DNA of 64,000 nt from the human T2T-CHM13v2.0 reference genome, Homo sapiens. Shown piece by piece: positions 27,969 to 40,500 of the stretch. The position numbers and the translations under genes were made by a program. The notes below the pieces were generated by a model. It saw only the letters and a list, made by a program, of their open reading frames with translations, was not told the origin of the DNA and did not search any database. Numbering within the stretch: the stretch's first letter is position 1; the number at the start of each line of letters is the position of its first letter. The stretch lies in the NCBI RefSeq assembly GCF_009914755.1, contig NC_060929.1; one strand, written 5' to 3'.

Positions 27969-28499
27969 TGCTGTAAATAAAGTTTCGGTGCCGCAAAAGG
28001 AATAGCACTCGAATATAAAATTTTCTTTATAATTCTCAGCAAGGCAAGTTACTTCTATAGAAGGCTGCGACCTTACAGATGGAGCAGCGGTGAGCGCACA
28101 CTTTGGCAAGGGAGGGGAAGGGGTTTTTATCCCTGACATATGTGATCCCTGCCGCTGTGTCGTTCCCCTATTGGCTAGGGTTAGACTGTACAAGCTAAAC
28201 AAATTCCGATTGGCTAATTTAAAGAGAGTGACGGGGTGAGTGGTTTGGCGGGAAAAATGGTTATGACAGAGCAGATAATCGGAATGAGTCAGGGGGTAGC
28301 AGGTAATGGGAATGAGTCAGGGTGGAGCAGGTAATTGGAATGAGTTAGGGTGGAGTAGGTAATCGGAATGAGTCAGGGTGGAGCAGGTAATTGAAAAAGG
28401 TTGCTTTACGAGGAAGTTAAGTTTAAAAGTAGAAGGCAAATAATTGAACATACTGACGTACTGATTCTTTGAAAATAAATTTAAAACTTATATCTAACA
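27969..28499 (-). mobile_element. 3' LTR (LTR10F/A-like), 531 bp
   Basis: Minus strand starts tgttagatataagttttaaattt and carries four 28-bp units with TGACTCA. Preceded on the minus strand by the PPT. Confidence 0.9.
28281..28392. promoter_or_regulatory. AP-1 motif VNTR in 3' LTR (4 x 28 bp)
   Basis: TGAGTCA at 28285, 28313 and 28369, and mutated TGAGTTA at 28341, at an exact 28-bp period. Confidence 0.85.
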
Positions 28500-28512
28500 A
28501 TCCCTCCTCTTG
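28500..28512 (-). other. Retroviral polypurine tract
   Basis: Minus strand aagaggagggat immediately before the 3' LTR. Confidence 0.8.
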
Positions 28513-28519
28513 CATTTCC

Positions 28520-30480
28520 TTACAGCTTTCTTTTTAAACTTTTTAACGTGTCTTGGCTTAGTTGTTTTGCTGGATTTTCCAAAAGAAGAAGCTTCTCTGG
28601 ATAAGGTGGAGGATAGTTAAGGGAGGTTTTAGTAAGTGCCATTTTTATGAGCCTCTGCACCAACCCACGGATGCATAGTGTGACACAGCACCCGACAAGA
28701 ATAAGTACACCCATTATGGCTGCGAGGGAAGTAAGAATTGAGGCTATTATTCTTTTCCATTTACCGAACTACTTTCTATTCATGCTGTAAAGGGGTCATT
28801 TACCCCTGAGTTGTTGGCTAACTCATTGGACAGAGCAGTCAGACCTTGTAATGCCTTTGTTATACTTCCATCAGGGGTGGTGGTGTTTTGGGATGAAGGT
28901 ACAACACTGAGTTTTAATCACGATACAAACTCTTCCTCTTTTTGCTACTATCATGTCTAAGGCTATCCTGTTTTCCCAAGCCATCTGGCTAGTGGCCCCT
29001 AATTGCTTAGCTATTCCTTTAACAACATCTCTAGTGTAGTTAGTAAATCACTGTTGGTTGTAATAGATCTAGTTTATCCAATCTACATTTTTATTAATTT
29101 TCACTCACCAAAATATTGACTCAAATTCTGCAGCTATTTTATTTCGGGCTTGAAATTGTTCTGGTATTCCCCATGGGACTCTAATTGTGTCTAAATAGAC
29201 GTAAGAGTTGAAAGACCCATAAGGGCCTTCTCTCGCTTCACGATGTCTTATTTTTTTCTTTTTCTGGTTGATGAAATGCCAGGGTGAAAGGGATAGCCAA
29301 TTGGACTAAAGCATAAGTGCCACTCCAGTTATTCGGCAGAGTGTCCAGTAAAGGTCCACCACAATACCACCACACATCCGTTTGGGGATGAACAAGGGCT
29401 GACTGATTGATGAGCTCTTGAAAATTCTTAAGCTCACTGCATCCTTTCAGGTCTCCAAGGAACACTAAGTTTCCTCCCTGTCGTGAACTTAGTGTTGGGA
29501 GACGGAAGCTGGATGGCCCTTGGGGGCTGACCCGCAGGGTGCCGGACTTCGGGATATAGCAGAGAGAGAGCGTGGCATGACTTGTTACTCCAGGCTGTAG
29601 AATCCTGGGAAAGAGCTACCATGCAGCCCATGCCCGGTTGACTGGAGGACCACCCTAGTGGAAAGGGGACAGTCTGGGCCTCTGGCCTGCTGTGCGCACA
29701 AGCATAACAATTGCTTTTGTTTAACGTGTGAATAGAATATTTGATCCATTCCAACCAGGCATTTGCATCTTGGTATCCTGTCTTAATTGCCAAAGTTTGT
29801 TTTAAGTCTTTAACTTCTACGATAGCTATCTCAGTCGTGTCATTAGATGGAGAAGGAGCAATTGTTCCCTTGTGAGAAGTTTTGGAAGAAGGCTTAGAGG
29901 AAGGTGCAGGTGGCGGGGGATCAAAGAAACGCATTTCAAATAATCTAATAGGGTCTGTCCCTGAAACCTCAGCCCCCATAGAAGAAGGGAACTGGCTTAG
30001 AAAAGGGGGAGAACTTGAGGGTTTGAGATAATAACCTGTGTAGAATTACACTGGGTTAGCTGATGGGGGAGGGCTGTCCCTCTAGTAAAATGAATGTATG
30101 GTTTTAGGAAATTGCAAAAACCTGTTGGCAATTCATTCTTGCTCTTCAGTGGTCCGCAGAACATTGGACCAACTACATCATAAAAGCTTTACATTGGGGA
30201 GCAAGACTCCTGGTTGATACTGGGGTCTTTATCGAAATCTCCCCAGATTAAATGGTCCCAATTCACTAATGCCCAGTCTTAGGAGACTCAGGAGGGACAG
30301 AGGTACTTTTCTGAAGTAGAGAGCTGTCTTTGACTTGGTCAGTCCCCACAGGGTATAACAAGACAAGCATTAAATGCAATAGTTTGAGGCAAAATTGACT
30401 TGGTTATGTTAATAACTAGATGGTCAGCAATAGAGCGAGTAAAGAAAAAAGAGTAATAGAATAGATGAATGAAAGTTAAA
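28520..30480 (-). pseudogene. Retroviral env pseudogene (SU plus TM, broken by stops and frameshifts)
   Basis: SU peptides NAWLEWIKYS...SNCYACA and WWYCGGPLLDTLPNNWSGT. TM immunosuppressive domain WENRIALDMIVAKRGRVC (about 28925-28978), CX6CC motif CIVIKTQCC, membrane span GVLILVGCC and PPPY tail. In-frame stops in NVDWIN*IYYNQQ*F. Confidence 0.88.
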
Positions 30481-30499
30481 TTTCTTAGCTTTAGTTTGG

Positions 30500-30700
30500 T
30501 AGGGTTTTCCCCTGGGACTATGGCCCACGACTCTGGAGGGGGCGGCGCTTTCTTGACTCGGGTGTGATGAGTCCATCCGCTTTCCGCTGTATGAACAGCA
30601 GTCTCAGTGGTTAGCAGCACAAGGTAGGGTCCTTCCCAGGCTGGCTTGAGTTTTCCTTCTTTCCACCCTTTGATGAGAACATGATCCTCAGGCTGGTGCT
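30500..30700 (-). pseudogene. pol remnant: integrase C-terminus
   Basis: LLTTETAVHTAESGWTHHTRVKKAPP is the typical gamma-like integrase C-terminal motif just upstream of env. Confidence 0.75.
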
Positions 30701-31534
30701 ATTTACCAGAAATTCTAGGGTTGGTACCTGTGCTAAAAGACTTAGTTTTGCGGGAAAGGAAAGTGGAAGATAAACCAAGTATATAATTTCTAAGAAACTG
30801 ATCTTTTGTTTTAAATGTGGGGACATCAGCAGTGGACTTTATAGTCCTTGGTACCTTTTTACTGAGAAATTTCCTTTAGCACCTATTTTTATTAGTTTCT
30901 AGACCAAAGAAAGCCAAACACCATTTTATATTTGACAGTGCTTCCTGTATGACTTTTATACCAGATAAACTAAATTTCACCTTTATATTAATGTGTTATT
31001 AATGTTAAACTCAATTTTAATTAAACCTTGTTGACATAGTTATCCAATTTTAACATCTGACCATAAGGTAAGATTTTTATAGACTCTTTTTAACCTTTTA
31101 TAATTTTTGTTAAAGAGCAGGTTAGTGCTTTAAGAAAGACCTGTTGTGCTTTTATTTTAATATCCAGTTCACGGAAAAACTGGATACCACTTTAACTTTA
31201 GCCAATATGTTTACACACGGAATTTCCTTTACAATGAATGTTTCAAAACTTGCTTAAACCTTTAAAACAAAATATATATTTTTAACCTTTTAATGTAGGT
31301 AGAAATCCACATTCTTATGCCTCCTTATAATCCTTTTACCAAAGTTTTATTTTACTTTCCTTATACACCTTGCACATAAACTGTTTCTTCAATAGTTTTA
31401 CATTCAGGAGGCCTAATTACTTTTAAATTATACAATATTTCTTGCATAAATTCCCTTTTATAACTTTTTTTCATGACTTTTACAGACAATTCTTCGACAT
31501 GCCTCAACTTTCTGACTTGTTGCAAACATCCCTT

Positions 31535-31842
<308 letters not shown>

Positions 31843-32104
31843 ACATCCCGTTCTTTAAACAACCAGTTAATTTATTTTAGGATAAGAATTCACCATATAA
31901 CATTCCTTTTTACATAAATTCTCCCCCCCCCACCTTTTTTTTTCTCAAAAATGATAACCATGCTTTTCCAAAGTGAACTTCCTTCACGTAGGTGGACTAG
32001 ACTGTCTAAGGCCACAAGATTAGAAGTTAGGATAATACATGTTACACTGTTAACTTTTAGCAAACTTTACTTTTGTTGAAAACCTTTTAAGTTTGGGATT
32101 TCAA

Positions 32105-32400
32105 TTATTCTTTGCTATTAATAAGACCTCGTTCAGTCCATATTAACTTAGAATTGGTATAGATGGCTCTTTCCTGATTCAGTAAGCACTTTAAGGCTTG
32201 ACTGAGTGCAAACAGCTCCCACGTCTGAGCAGACCAATTATTAGGCAATTTTCCTAACTCTGCTTCTTCAAGAGTTTCCTTATCACTTACTGAATACCCA
32301 CTGTGTCTTTTTCCCTCAATCACCGGGGAGGAACCATCTATCGTCCTGTCCTGAAGGGAGTTCCTCCTAGGTCTGCTCGGACCTTTGTATGGTAATTAAG
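32105..32400 (-). pseudogene. pol remnant: RNase H fragment
   Basis: IEGKRHSGYSV...NNWSAQTWELFALSQAL...IYTNSK matches the SAQxAELxAL / IYTDS RNase H motifs. Confidence 0.8.
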
Positions 32401-32869
32401 ATTTAGATCCCCTGTTAGGAAACCTGCTGGGTTAAGGGAATTTTTAGTGGTTAATGTTAAATCATCTTTTTCTAACAGAATAGCTTTATATGTTAAGGTT
32501 CTTGAGTCACTAAGCTACCTTTTTGCTTTTTTTTTTTTTGGACTTAGGGTAGTTCTGATCTGATGAGGTGTGCTCACAATGAGGTTTCCTCTAAAAGTCT
32601 TTTTAGACTTTCTGCTTTCTTCTGTTAGCAAAGCAGTTGCCGCTACAGGTTGAATGCATTTGGGCCATCTGCGGGTTACTAGGTTAAAGATTTTTGATAG
32701 GAAGGCTACTGGTTGTCAGTGGCCTCAGTGCTTTCGGGCCTTGTTTACACTGACAACAAGGTGGTATTGGAGTGTTATAGGGTCAGGAGAAGACCTTCAA
32801 TTATCAATTATAGGTTTTAAATTTACCCTGGATTTTAAAGGAATAGGGTACACTGTTTTCTCTTTACTA

Positions 32870-33135
32870 TTTCTATCTCTCTCTCTTTCTTTCTCTCTTT
32901 GACTTTCTGTCTCTTTCTCTCTTTGACTCCCTCTTTGTGTCTCTCTTTCTCTCTCTCTGCCTCACTCTTTCTCTCTGTCTTTGACTCCGTCTTTGTCTCC
33001 TCCTCTCTCTCTCTGCCTCTTTCTCTCTTTCTTTCCTCTCTCTCTCTCTTTCCCCCTTTCTCCTCTCTGCTAGTCTTTCCCTGCCTCTGCCAACCACTTA
33101 TGCTACTGTTCTCCCCTCTCCTTCCCCTTCCCCTA
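32870..33135. repeat. CT-rich low-complexity tract in the ERV internal region
   Basis: Degenerate (TC)n / (TCTCTG)n run. Confidence 0.85.
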
Positions 33136-33229
33136 GGGGAGGGACCAGCGGGAGTGGAGCTACTCTTTCTTCCTCTGAGAAGAAAGGAAAGGGGGGTTCT
33201 GAATATTTTTCTTACTACCAGAGATTTTT

Positions 33230-33660
33230 GTGAGGTTCAACCCCACACCATGGGGATTTCTCACCTCTTTTAGAGGTTCAACTCCCACTTCATGGGGATT
33301 ACTCGCCTCTTTTTGAGGTTCAACGCACCCCATGGGGATTTCTCACCTCTTGTTGAAGTTCAACGCCCCCCCGTGGGGATTTCTCCCCTGTTTTTGAGAT
33401 TCAGCTCCCACCTCCTCATGGGGACTTCTCACCTCTTTTTAACCTCCAAGACATCCCGACTAAGGAATACTTCACCACCACTCCCCCGCCCCCGCGGCTT
33501 TCTTTCCCTAATCCCGACTAAGGAATGCTTTACCGCCCCTGCGGTTTCTTTCTCCTTAGTATGTCCTAACCAAGGAATGCTTTGCTGCGTGGTGTCTTTT
33601 TCCTTAGTCCGGACCACCAAGGAAATACCTTACTGCCTCCCGTGGCATCTCCTTCCTTGG
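33230..33660. repeat. Degenerate tandem repeats in the ERV leader
   Basis: About five 41-45-bp units gaggttcaac...tggggatttctcacctcttttt, followed by about four units around c(t/c)aaggaat. Confidence 0.75.
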
Positions 33661-33866
33661 TCTGTGCACAGAGTCGTTGCCACAGTATGTGAGGATCCTT
33701 TAAGCTAGGTTGCTGGTCAGTTTCTTTTTTCCCTCGCGTTGCTGAGAGCTCAGGTTATTCCTCGCACTGGGTGGGTCTTGATTTCTCACCCCTGAGGCTG
33801 CCACAAGGGGGTGGGGTGCACCTCCTCACGAAAGAGAACCAGAGACCGCCCCCAGAGGGGAACGTA

Positions 33867-33884
33867 ATCCCAGAGCAGCCCCTA
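33867..33884 (-). other. Primer-binding site, tRNA-Pro type, degenerate
   Basis: Minus strand taggggctgctctgggat matches TGGGGGCTCGTCCGGGAT at 14/18, 2 nt after the 5' LTR. Confidence 0.75.
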
Positions 33885-33886
33885 AT

Positions 33887-34390
33887 TGTTATATGTAAAG
33901 TTTCAGTGCCACAAAAGGAATAGCACTTGAATATAAAATTTTCTTTTTAATTCTCAGCAAGGCATGGTACCTCTGTATAGAAGGATGTGCCCTTACAGAT
34001 GGAACAATGGTGAGCACACACTTGGACAAGGGAGGGGAAAGCCTTCTTATCCCTGACACATGTGGCCCCTGCTGCTATGTCATTCCCCTATTGGCTAGGG
34101 TTAGACAGCACAGGCTAAACTAATTCCAATTGGCTAATTTAAAGAGAGTGATGGGGTGAGTGGTTTGGGGGGGAAATGGCTATGACAGAGCAGGTAATCA
34201 GAATGAGTCAGGGTGGAGCAGGTAATGGGAATGAGTCGGGGTGGAGCAGGTAATCGGAATGAGTCAGGGTGGAGTAGGTAATCAAAAAAGGTTGCTTTAA
34301 GAGGAAGTTAAGTTTAAAAGTAGAAGGCAAAGAATTGAACATACTGACATACTGATTATTTGAAAAGAAATTTAGAATTTATATCTAACA
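33887..34390 (-). mobile_element. 5' LTR (LTR10F/A-like), 504 bp
   Basis: Colinear with 27969-28499, with three 28-bp units. Followed on the minus strand by the PBS. Confidence 0.9.
34200..34283. promoter_or_regulatory. AP-1 motif VNTR in 5' LTR (3 x 28 bp)
   Basis: TGAGTCA at 34204 and 34260, and mutated TGAGTCG at 34232. Confidence 0.85.
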
Positions 34391-34747
34391 ATAAATAGAC
34401 TCATGTCTCTTGGTTTTAATTCTGTGAAAGGAAATTGTGCCATATCACCTGGACTTTTGACTTATGGGTTCTAAGATAATATATTCTTACATATATACAT
34501 TCATTTTAGATATATTCATATATTCATTATATATTACTATATAATATATATGTATAAAAACATATATACACAGTCACATACAATTTTTTTATTGAGGTGA
34601 AATTCACTTAACATAAATTAGCCATTTTAAAGTATACAATTCAATGGGATTTAGTACATTGACAGTATTATGCAACCATTCCCTCTAAGTCAAAACATTT
34701 TCATCACTCCCAAATGAAACCCTGTTCAAGATACTATATTCTTAACT

Positions 34748-36249
34748 CAGCAGTTCTAAACCTTTTTGTCTCAGCACCTCTTTACGCTCTTAAAATTTAT
34801 TAAGGACTTCAACAGCCTTTGTCTATGTGGATTCTATCTGTTTATGTTTTACAGTATTGGAAATTAAAACTAAAACAATTTTAAAGCTTTATTTATGAAT
34901 TTATTAAATGACATTTTACATTTTTGTAAATCTCCTTAATGTCTGACTTAATGGAAGATGACTGGATAAATCATATCTTCTTTTTTTCTCAGGCTGGAGT
35001 GTTGTGCTGCAATCTTGGCTCACTGCAACCTCCACCTCCCAGCTGGGTTCAAGCAGTTGTCATGCCTCAGCCTCCTGGGTAGCAGGGATTACAGGCACCC
35101 GCCACCATGCCCAGCTAATTTTTGTATTTTTGGTAGAGATGGGGTTTCACCATGTTGGCCAGGCTGTCTCAAACTCCTGACCTCAGGTGATCCACCTGCC
35201 TCAGCCTCCCAAAGTGCTGGGATTATAGGCATGAGCCACTGCTCCAGGCCTCATATCTTCTTCTTCACTCAATCTATTGTCATACAAAAATCAGTCCTAG
35301 CATATGCATATAGTCGGAAAAGGAAGAAATATTTTTAGTAGCCTTTTCAGATAATTTTGGATATTCTTTTTTTAAAACTCTACCAACATTCAACAAGTGG
35401 TAATTTTTTAAAAAAATTATTACAATGTGAAAAAATAAAATCATGTTAGTGAATTGTTCACATGCAGTTACATTAAGATCTATTGACCTACCTTGTACTT
35501 TGAGTGGATCTTTTACTTATGCATGATTTTTTCTTAGCCTACATTGCTCATTTAGAAAATATTAGTAAACTGCGTTATGCAGATCTTCCAATGCAAACAT
35601 ATTACATCATATAACATCAAAAAATTACATTTGTTAATATCACCACTTATTTTAAAAAGTCATTAAATATTGGGAAGTTGTCATGCTCGTGGTGCAGATC
35701 CAGATTTTCTAAAATTATGACGTTTTCTTGAAAGCATAAATTTTATCATTGCAACAAATATTACTGTTTTCCTTAAAGTAGACACTCACTTGGTTCATTT
35801 CTGAGAAAGTGTCTGCCAAATACCCAAGTGTCAGTAACCATATTTTGTCTGTCAGTTATTCTTTTACGTTTACATGGTGTTTCATGAAAAAAGAGGTTCA
35901 GCTTGCAACTCAGTCGCACAACTGCTTTCCCTCAAGTCAACTTCAGTATGCAGCAGAGGTGCTTTATGCACCTTTCCTCCTTCGTTATTATATAAAAGGT
36001 GTGCTAAAGGGTCAGGATTAAATAAAATTAATAATTTTGCTCATTTATCAAGTAAAGCTAGGCTTTTTTTTTTTTTAATCTGTGAGTGTGTAGCAGTGAA
36101 GAATACAATGACTATTGGTATAACTTGGTACCACTGTCTAGATTCATGCGAAGCATCACAGTTCAACTTATCTTTTTTTTGCATCTCATGGAACCCCTGA
36201 AGGGTGTTGGAAACCTCCCCGTAGTTAATGGACCAACAGAGAACCACTG
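34748..36249. mobile_element. Charlie1a-like hAT DNA transposon interrupted by an Alu
   Basis: Terminal inverted repeats cagcagttct...agaaccactg. Start aaacctttttgtctcagcacctctttacgctcttaaaa resembles a Charlie1 end. Confidence 0.7.
34981..35250 (-). mobile_element. AluS, truncated near its tail
   Basis: Antisense Alu. TSD tcatatcttctt on both sides. Confidence 0.92.
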
Positions 36250-36341
36250 TCCTAAAGAAAATAAAAATCACAAAATAGCTTTGTATGGCCTAGAGAACAT
36301 AATATCCTCATTCTAGCCACCTCTTAAAAGAAGCATGTCTG

Positions 36342-36762
36342 GGCCGGGTGCGGTGGCTCACGCCTGTAATCCCAGCACTTTGGGAGGCCAAGGCAGATGG
36401 ATCACATGTATCTCCATTTTCTGGACTCAAATACAGACCATGCGCGGTGGCTCATGCGTGTAATCACAGCTCTTTGGGAGACCAATGCGGGAGGATCTTT
36501 TAAGGTCAGGAGTTTGAGACCAGCCTGGCCGACATGGCGAAACCCCGTCTCTACTAAAAATACAAAAATTAGCTGGGCATGGTGGTGCGTGCCTGTAATC
36601 TGGGGTGGGGCAGGGGAGGCGGCTGAGGCAGGAGGACCGCTTGAACCTGGGACGTGGAGGTTGCAGTGAGCCGAGATTGTACCACTGTACTCTGCACTCC
36701 AGCCTGGGCAACAGAGAGAGACTCCGTCTCAAAAAAAAGAAAAAAAAAAAAAAAAAAAAAAA
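36342..36762 (+). mobile_element. Composite AluS carrying an internal copied patch
   Basis: Alu head (36342-36405), 32 nt of non-Alu sequence, a second Alu head at 36436 and a single tail. Outer TSD aagaagcatgtctg / aagagcatatctg. Confidence 0.9.
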
Positions 36763-36917
36763 GAGCATATCTGACTGTAAAGTACAAATCAGAGGGAAAT
36801 TCCCTGTGAGTACATTCAGGTAACTTTACCTAATTCTATAGAAGTCGTCATTTACCTTCCTGAGAATTTGACAAATTCTGTTGAAGCAGAGCTAATGTGA
36901 AAATTGCCTCATGCAAT

Positions 36918-37238
<321 letters not shown>

Positions 37239-38039
37239 CTACTGATGTCTAAGATTTTTTAATTCAGATGTCTCTGACATATTTCATTTGGTGACAACGT
37301 TCAGTGGGACATATTTTGTATTGGTTGTAAAAGTCTGGAGGTTTTTTTAATGAATTATTTGTAGAATTCCAATTTTTAAAAAGTTGTAGTTCTGCCTTGG
37401 AATCTTCTCAGAATTCCATACAGTTTTTACTATACAGAAGAACTCTTCCTTTATAATAGCGCTGCCTCAATTTTGTTCTACTTGAGAACCTAATTAAATA
37501 ATTTGGAGTTTCAAGCTTAGAATTCTCATTTTAAGCCTCCTTTAAATTCTTGTTCTACAGCTGTGCTTGACATATTTGACCATAAGTTCTAATGTTAGGG
37601 TTCAGACCATATATTCTTCTTTAATATTTACATTGGATAGCATAACTGTTAAATGGTATTTTAAAAAGCCAATTCCTTCTAAGCATACAATTCCGCAATG
37701 TCATTTTAACAATAACATAGGTGATTTTTTTAATTTTTAAATTAAATTTTGTTATATTTTGTACAAGTATGTTACTCTTAATGGTGAATTCAAGTTTGAC
37801 TTAAAACCAGTTCTTGGGAATAATTAGTATGGGAAGTTTAATTGACAGTAAGGTCAGCATGAAACAACAGATTGATCAATCTACCCTCAAAAGCTAGTGT
37901 AATTTTAATCTACATTAGCTGAATTATTTTATCTAGAAAAGAGAAAGACCAATTCTTTATAATATTATCAACAGTGGGTAGACATGATAGGAAAACAATA
38001 TTCAGCCCATAATATTGCAAAGAGAAAAAAACATGAAGA

Positions 38040-38240
38040 TTGGACTTGAATCATGGATCTGTTCTTTCTTAGCTAGGTGACAACCTTGCTAAGTATTCAA
38101 TTCCTCCGAGCCTCAGTTTTTTCATCTTTCAAATTGGAGTAATAACTTCTCCCTCATAGAAAATGAATTTAATAGTATAACACATATTAAGAAATTAACA
38201 CATTGCCTTAAACTTGATGAACATTCAATAAATAGGGTTA
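38040..38240 (+). mobile_element. MIR SINE
   Basis: ctccgagcctcagttttttcatctttcaaattggagtaataac MIR core. Confidence 0.6.
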
Positions 38241-39049
38241 GTGTTAAAGTATAACTTTAAAAATATTTTTTAAACATGACTTTGTGAAAGTATAGTATAG
38301 AATAAACACGTCAAAGGTCTATGAGGCTACCAGTAGAAATAGAAAGTGGCTTCAAAAGAGGACAGCAGAGGCTTGTTTATATGTCCAATGAAAGACACAA
38401 TGCTGAAAAAAGGTCACAAAGTTTGATTTAAAACTGGTTAATGTTCTGTAGGGCAATAAAACCTCAACTTTTGAGATTATCTTTTCTGCTGGACAGAAGT
38501 TATTTGCATCTCTACCAGACAAAAATAATTTGCAAACATACCAATTTTAACTTAGTTTGATATCTATCTTTGCAGAAGCTGAGTCTTCATTCATAGTAAA
38601 TAGCGTAAGTTAAGCAAAACTTACATATCCCTAAAAAATTATATTCCCAGAAAGTAAGGACCTAAGCTGACAACATAGCTGCCCTGGGCAGGTGGGGGGC
38701 ACAGGTAGAGGAATATAGAATTGCCAGTGTTGGTTAACTTGGATTTCAAAACCATGTGAGAATGAGGGTGAGACATGGGGACCACTTGTGGGGTGGAAGA
38801 AGTTGGAACTGAGACCCTACCTTAATCAGGGATCCTTGACAGGCCTCACCATCATTGAAAGGATGGACGAGATAAAAAATCTACTTTCTAGCACAGGGAT
38901 TCAATAGGGAATTTATTTTTCTATCTCAGCCTGGCATCTGTAAGGAAATTTGTAACCACATTCAAATTCATTTTCGCAGTGTCACTCAGTGATACCTCTT
39001 GTATACTCACTCTGTGTGCACTTAACCTGTGTTATTTAGGATTTCCATA

Positions 39050-39730
39050 AGTGAAGTTCCTCTGCTGATAAGTCCAAAATTATAAACACACAAGGAAGTA
39101 ACCCACCATTAGCTAGAGTGGTGGCAATAGCGGGAAGCAATGTGGGGGAATATCAAAACCCAAGAACTTCAAGAATAAAATCATAATAGAAAAATTCCAT
39201 TGAGACCATAAAATAGTTATGTTTCAAAAATAAAAACAATAATAAGGGATTAAAACCAAAAGAACAGGCATATTTGAAAGAACCAACTAGAAGGTACAGA
39301 AATTTTTAAATATTGTTGAAATTAAAAACATAGCTGATGCAATAAATATCAGACTAACCAAAGTAGATGCAAGACTGAGCAAACAGGAAAATAACTTCAG
39401 ACAATTTGCCAGAATGCAGTCCAGGGAAATAATGAAATAGAAAACACTTGAAGATACATGAAAGGCAGTATGAGAAGGTCCAAAATATGGCTATGGGAGC
39501 TCCAGGTGAGACTAGAGCAAATGGGAAGAGGTCATATTTGAAGAGAATGGCTGAGAATTTTCTAAAATTGAGAGACGTGAAATATCAGGTTCAGTATCAC
39601 AGCCACTTCTGAAAAGAAAAATAAAGGTAAATAAGTCCACACAAATACTCATCCTAGAGAAGCTGCAGAATACTTCTTGTATACACAAAGGGAAAATCCA
39701 TAAAGAACAACCCTTGAATAATAAATAAGA
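39050..39730 (+). mobile_element. Old L1 ORF1-region fragment (L1ME/HAL1-like)
   Basis: A-rich sequence with gagaaggtccaaaatatg and atatttgaagagaatggctgagaattttctaaaattg ORF1 motifs. Confidence 0.55.
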
Positions 39731-40190
39731 GCCAAACAGCCATGGCCTACATTGTGTGGGAAATAGCGAAGGAACATCCAGTCACTAGCCTTATCCTTGG
39801 CACCATAAATCCTGGTAACACTAGCAAGTTAAATGATGCAGACTTTCTTCTCTGCTGTGAAAGTAGTTTTACACCAACATCCCGTAGATGTGGGATTTAC
39901 AACTGGACATTGTTTCTTGTACTTACGGTATCACCTCTGATTTTCAGCTTAATCACCTCCCGTGGTGTGAATTTGGGAAGCGTAGCTTCCTTTCTTCCAG
40001 TTTTAGGTTTTGGACATAAAACCCAGGTAGTCACTGCTTGGCAGTCTCCTTAGGGACTCTGCTGGCTTTGTGGGCAGGAAATGAAGTCTGTTTACCTTAG
40101 GCATGCACTTGATTTTCATAAGGTGCTCCTTTGCTTCTCCTTTCTAGTATGAATGGGTACATGTATCTCCATTTTCTGGACTCAAATAGA

Positions 40191-40500
<310 letters not shown>

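Noticed and set aside
29238-29979. Possible domesticated env (syncytin/suppressyn-like)
   Set aside because: SU is frameshifted, is disconnected from the signal-peptide region, and TM has in-frame stops.
32873-33273. Arg/Glu-rich and Leu/Ser-rich ORFs
   Set aside because: Artefacts of the CT/GA low-complexity tract in the ERV.
33230-33660. Repeat-spacer-like array resembling CRISPR
   Set aside because: Eukaryotic context, degenerate units with no unique spacers and no cas genes. It is the tandem-repeat region of the ERV leader.
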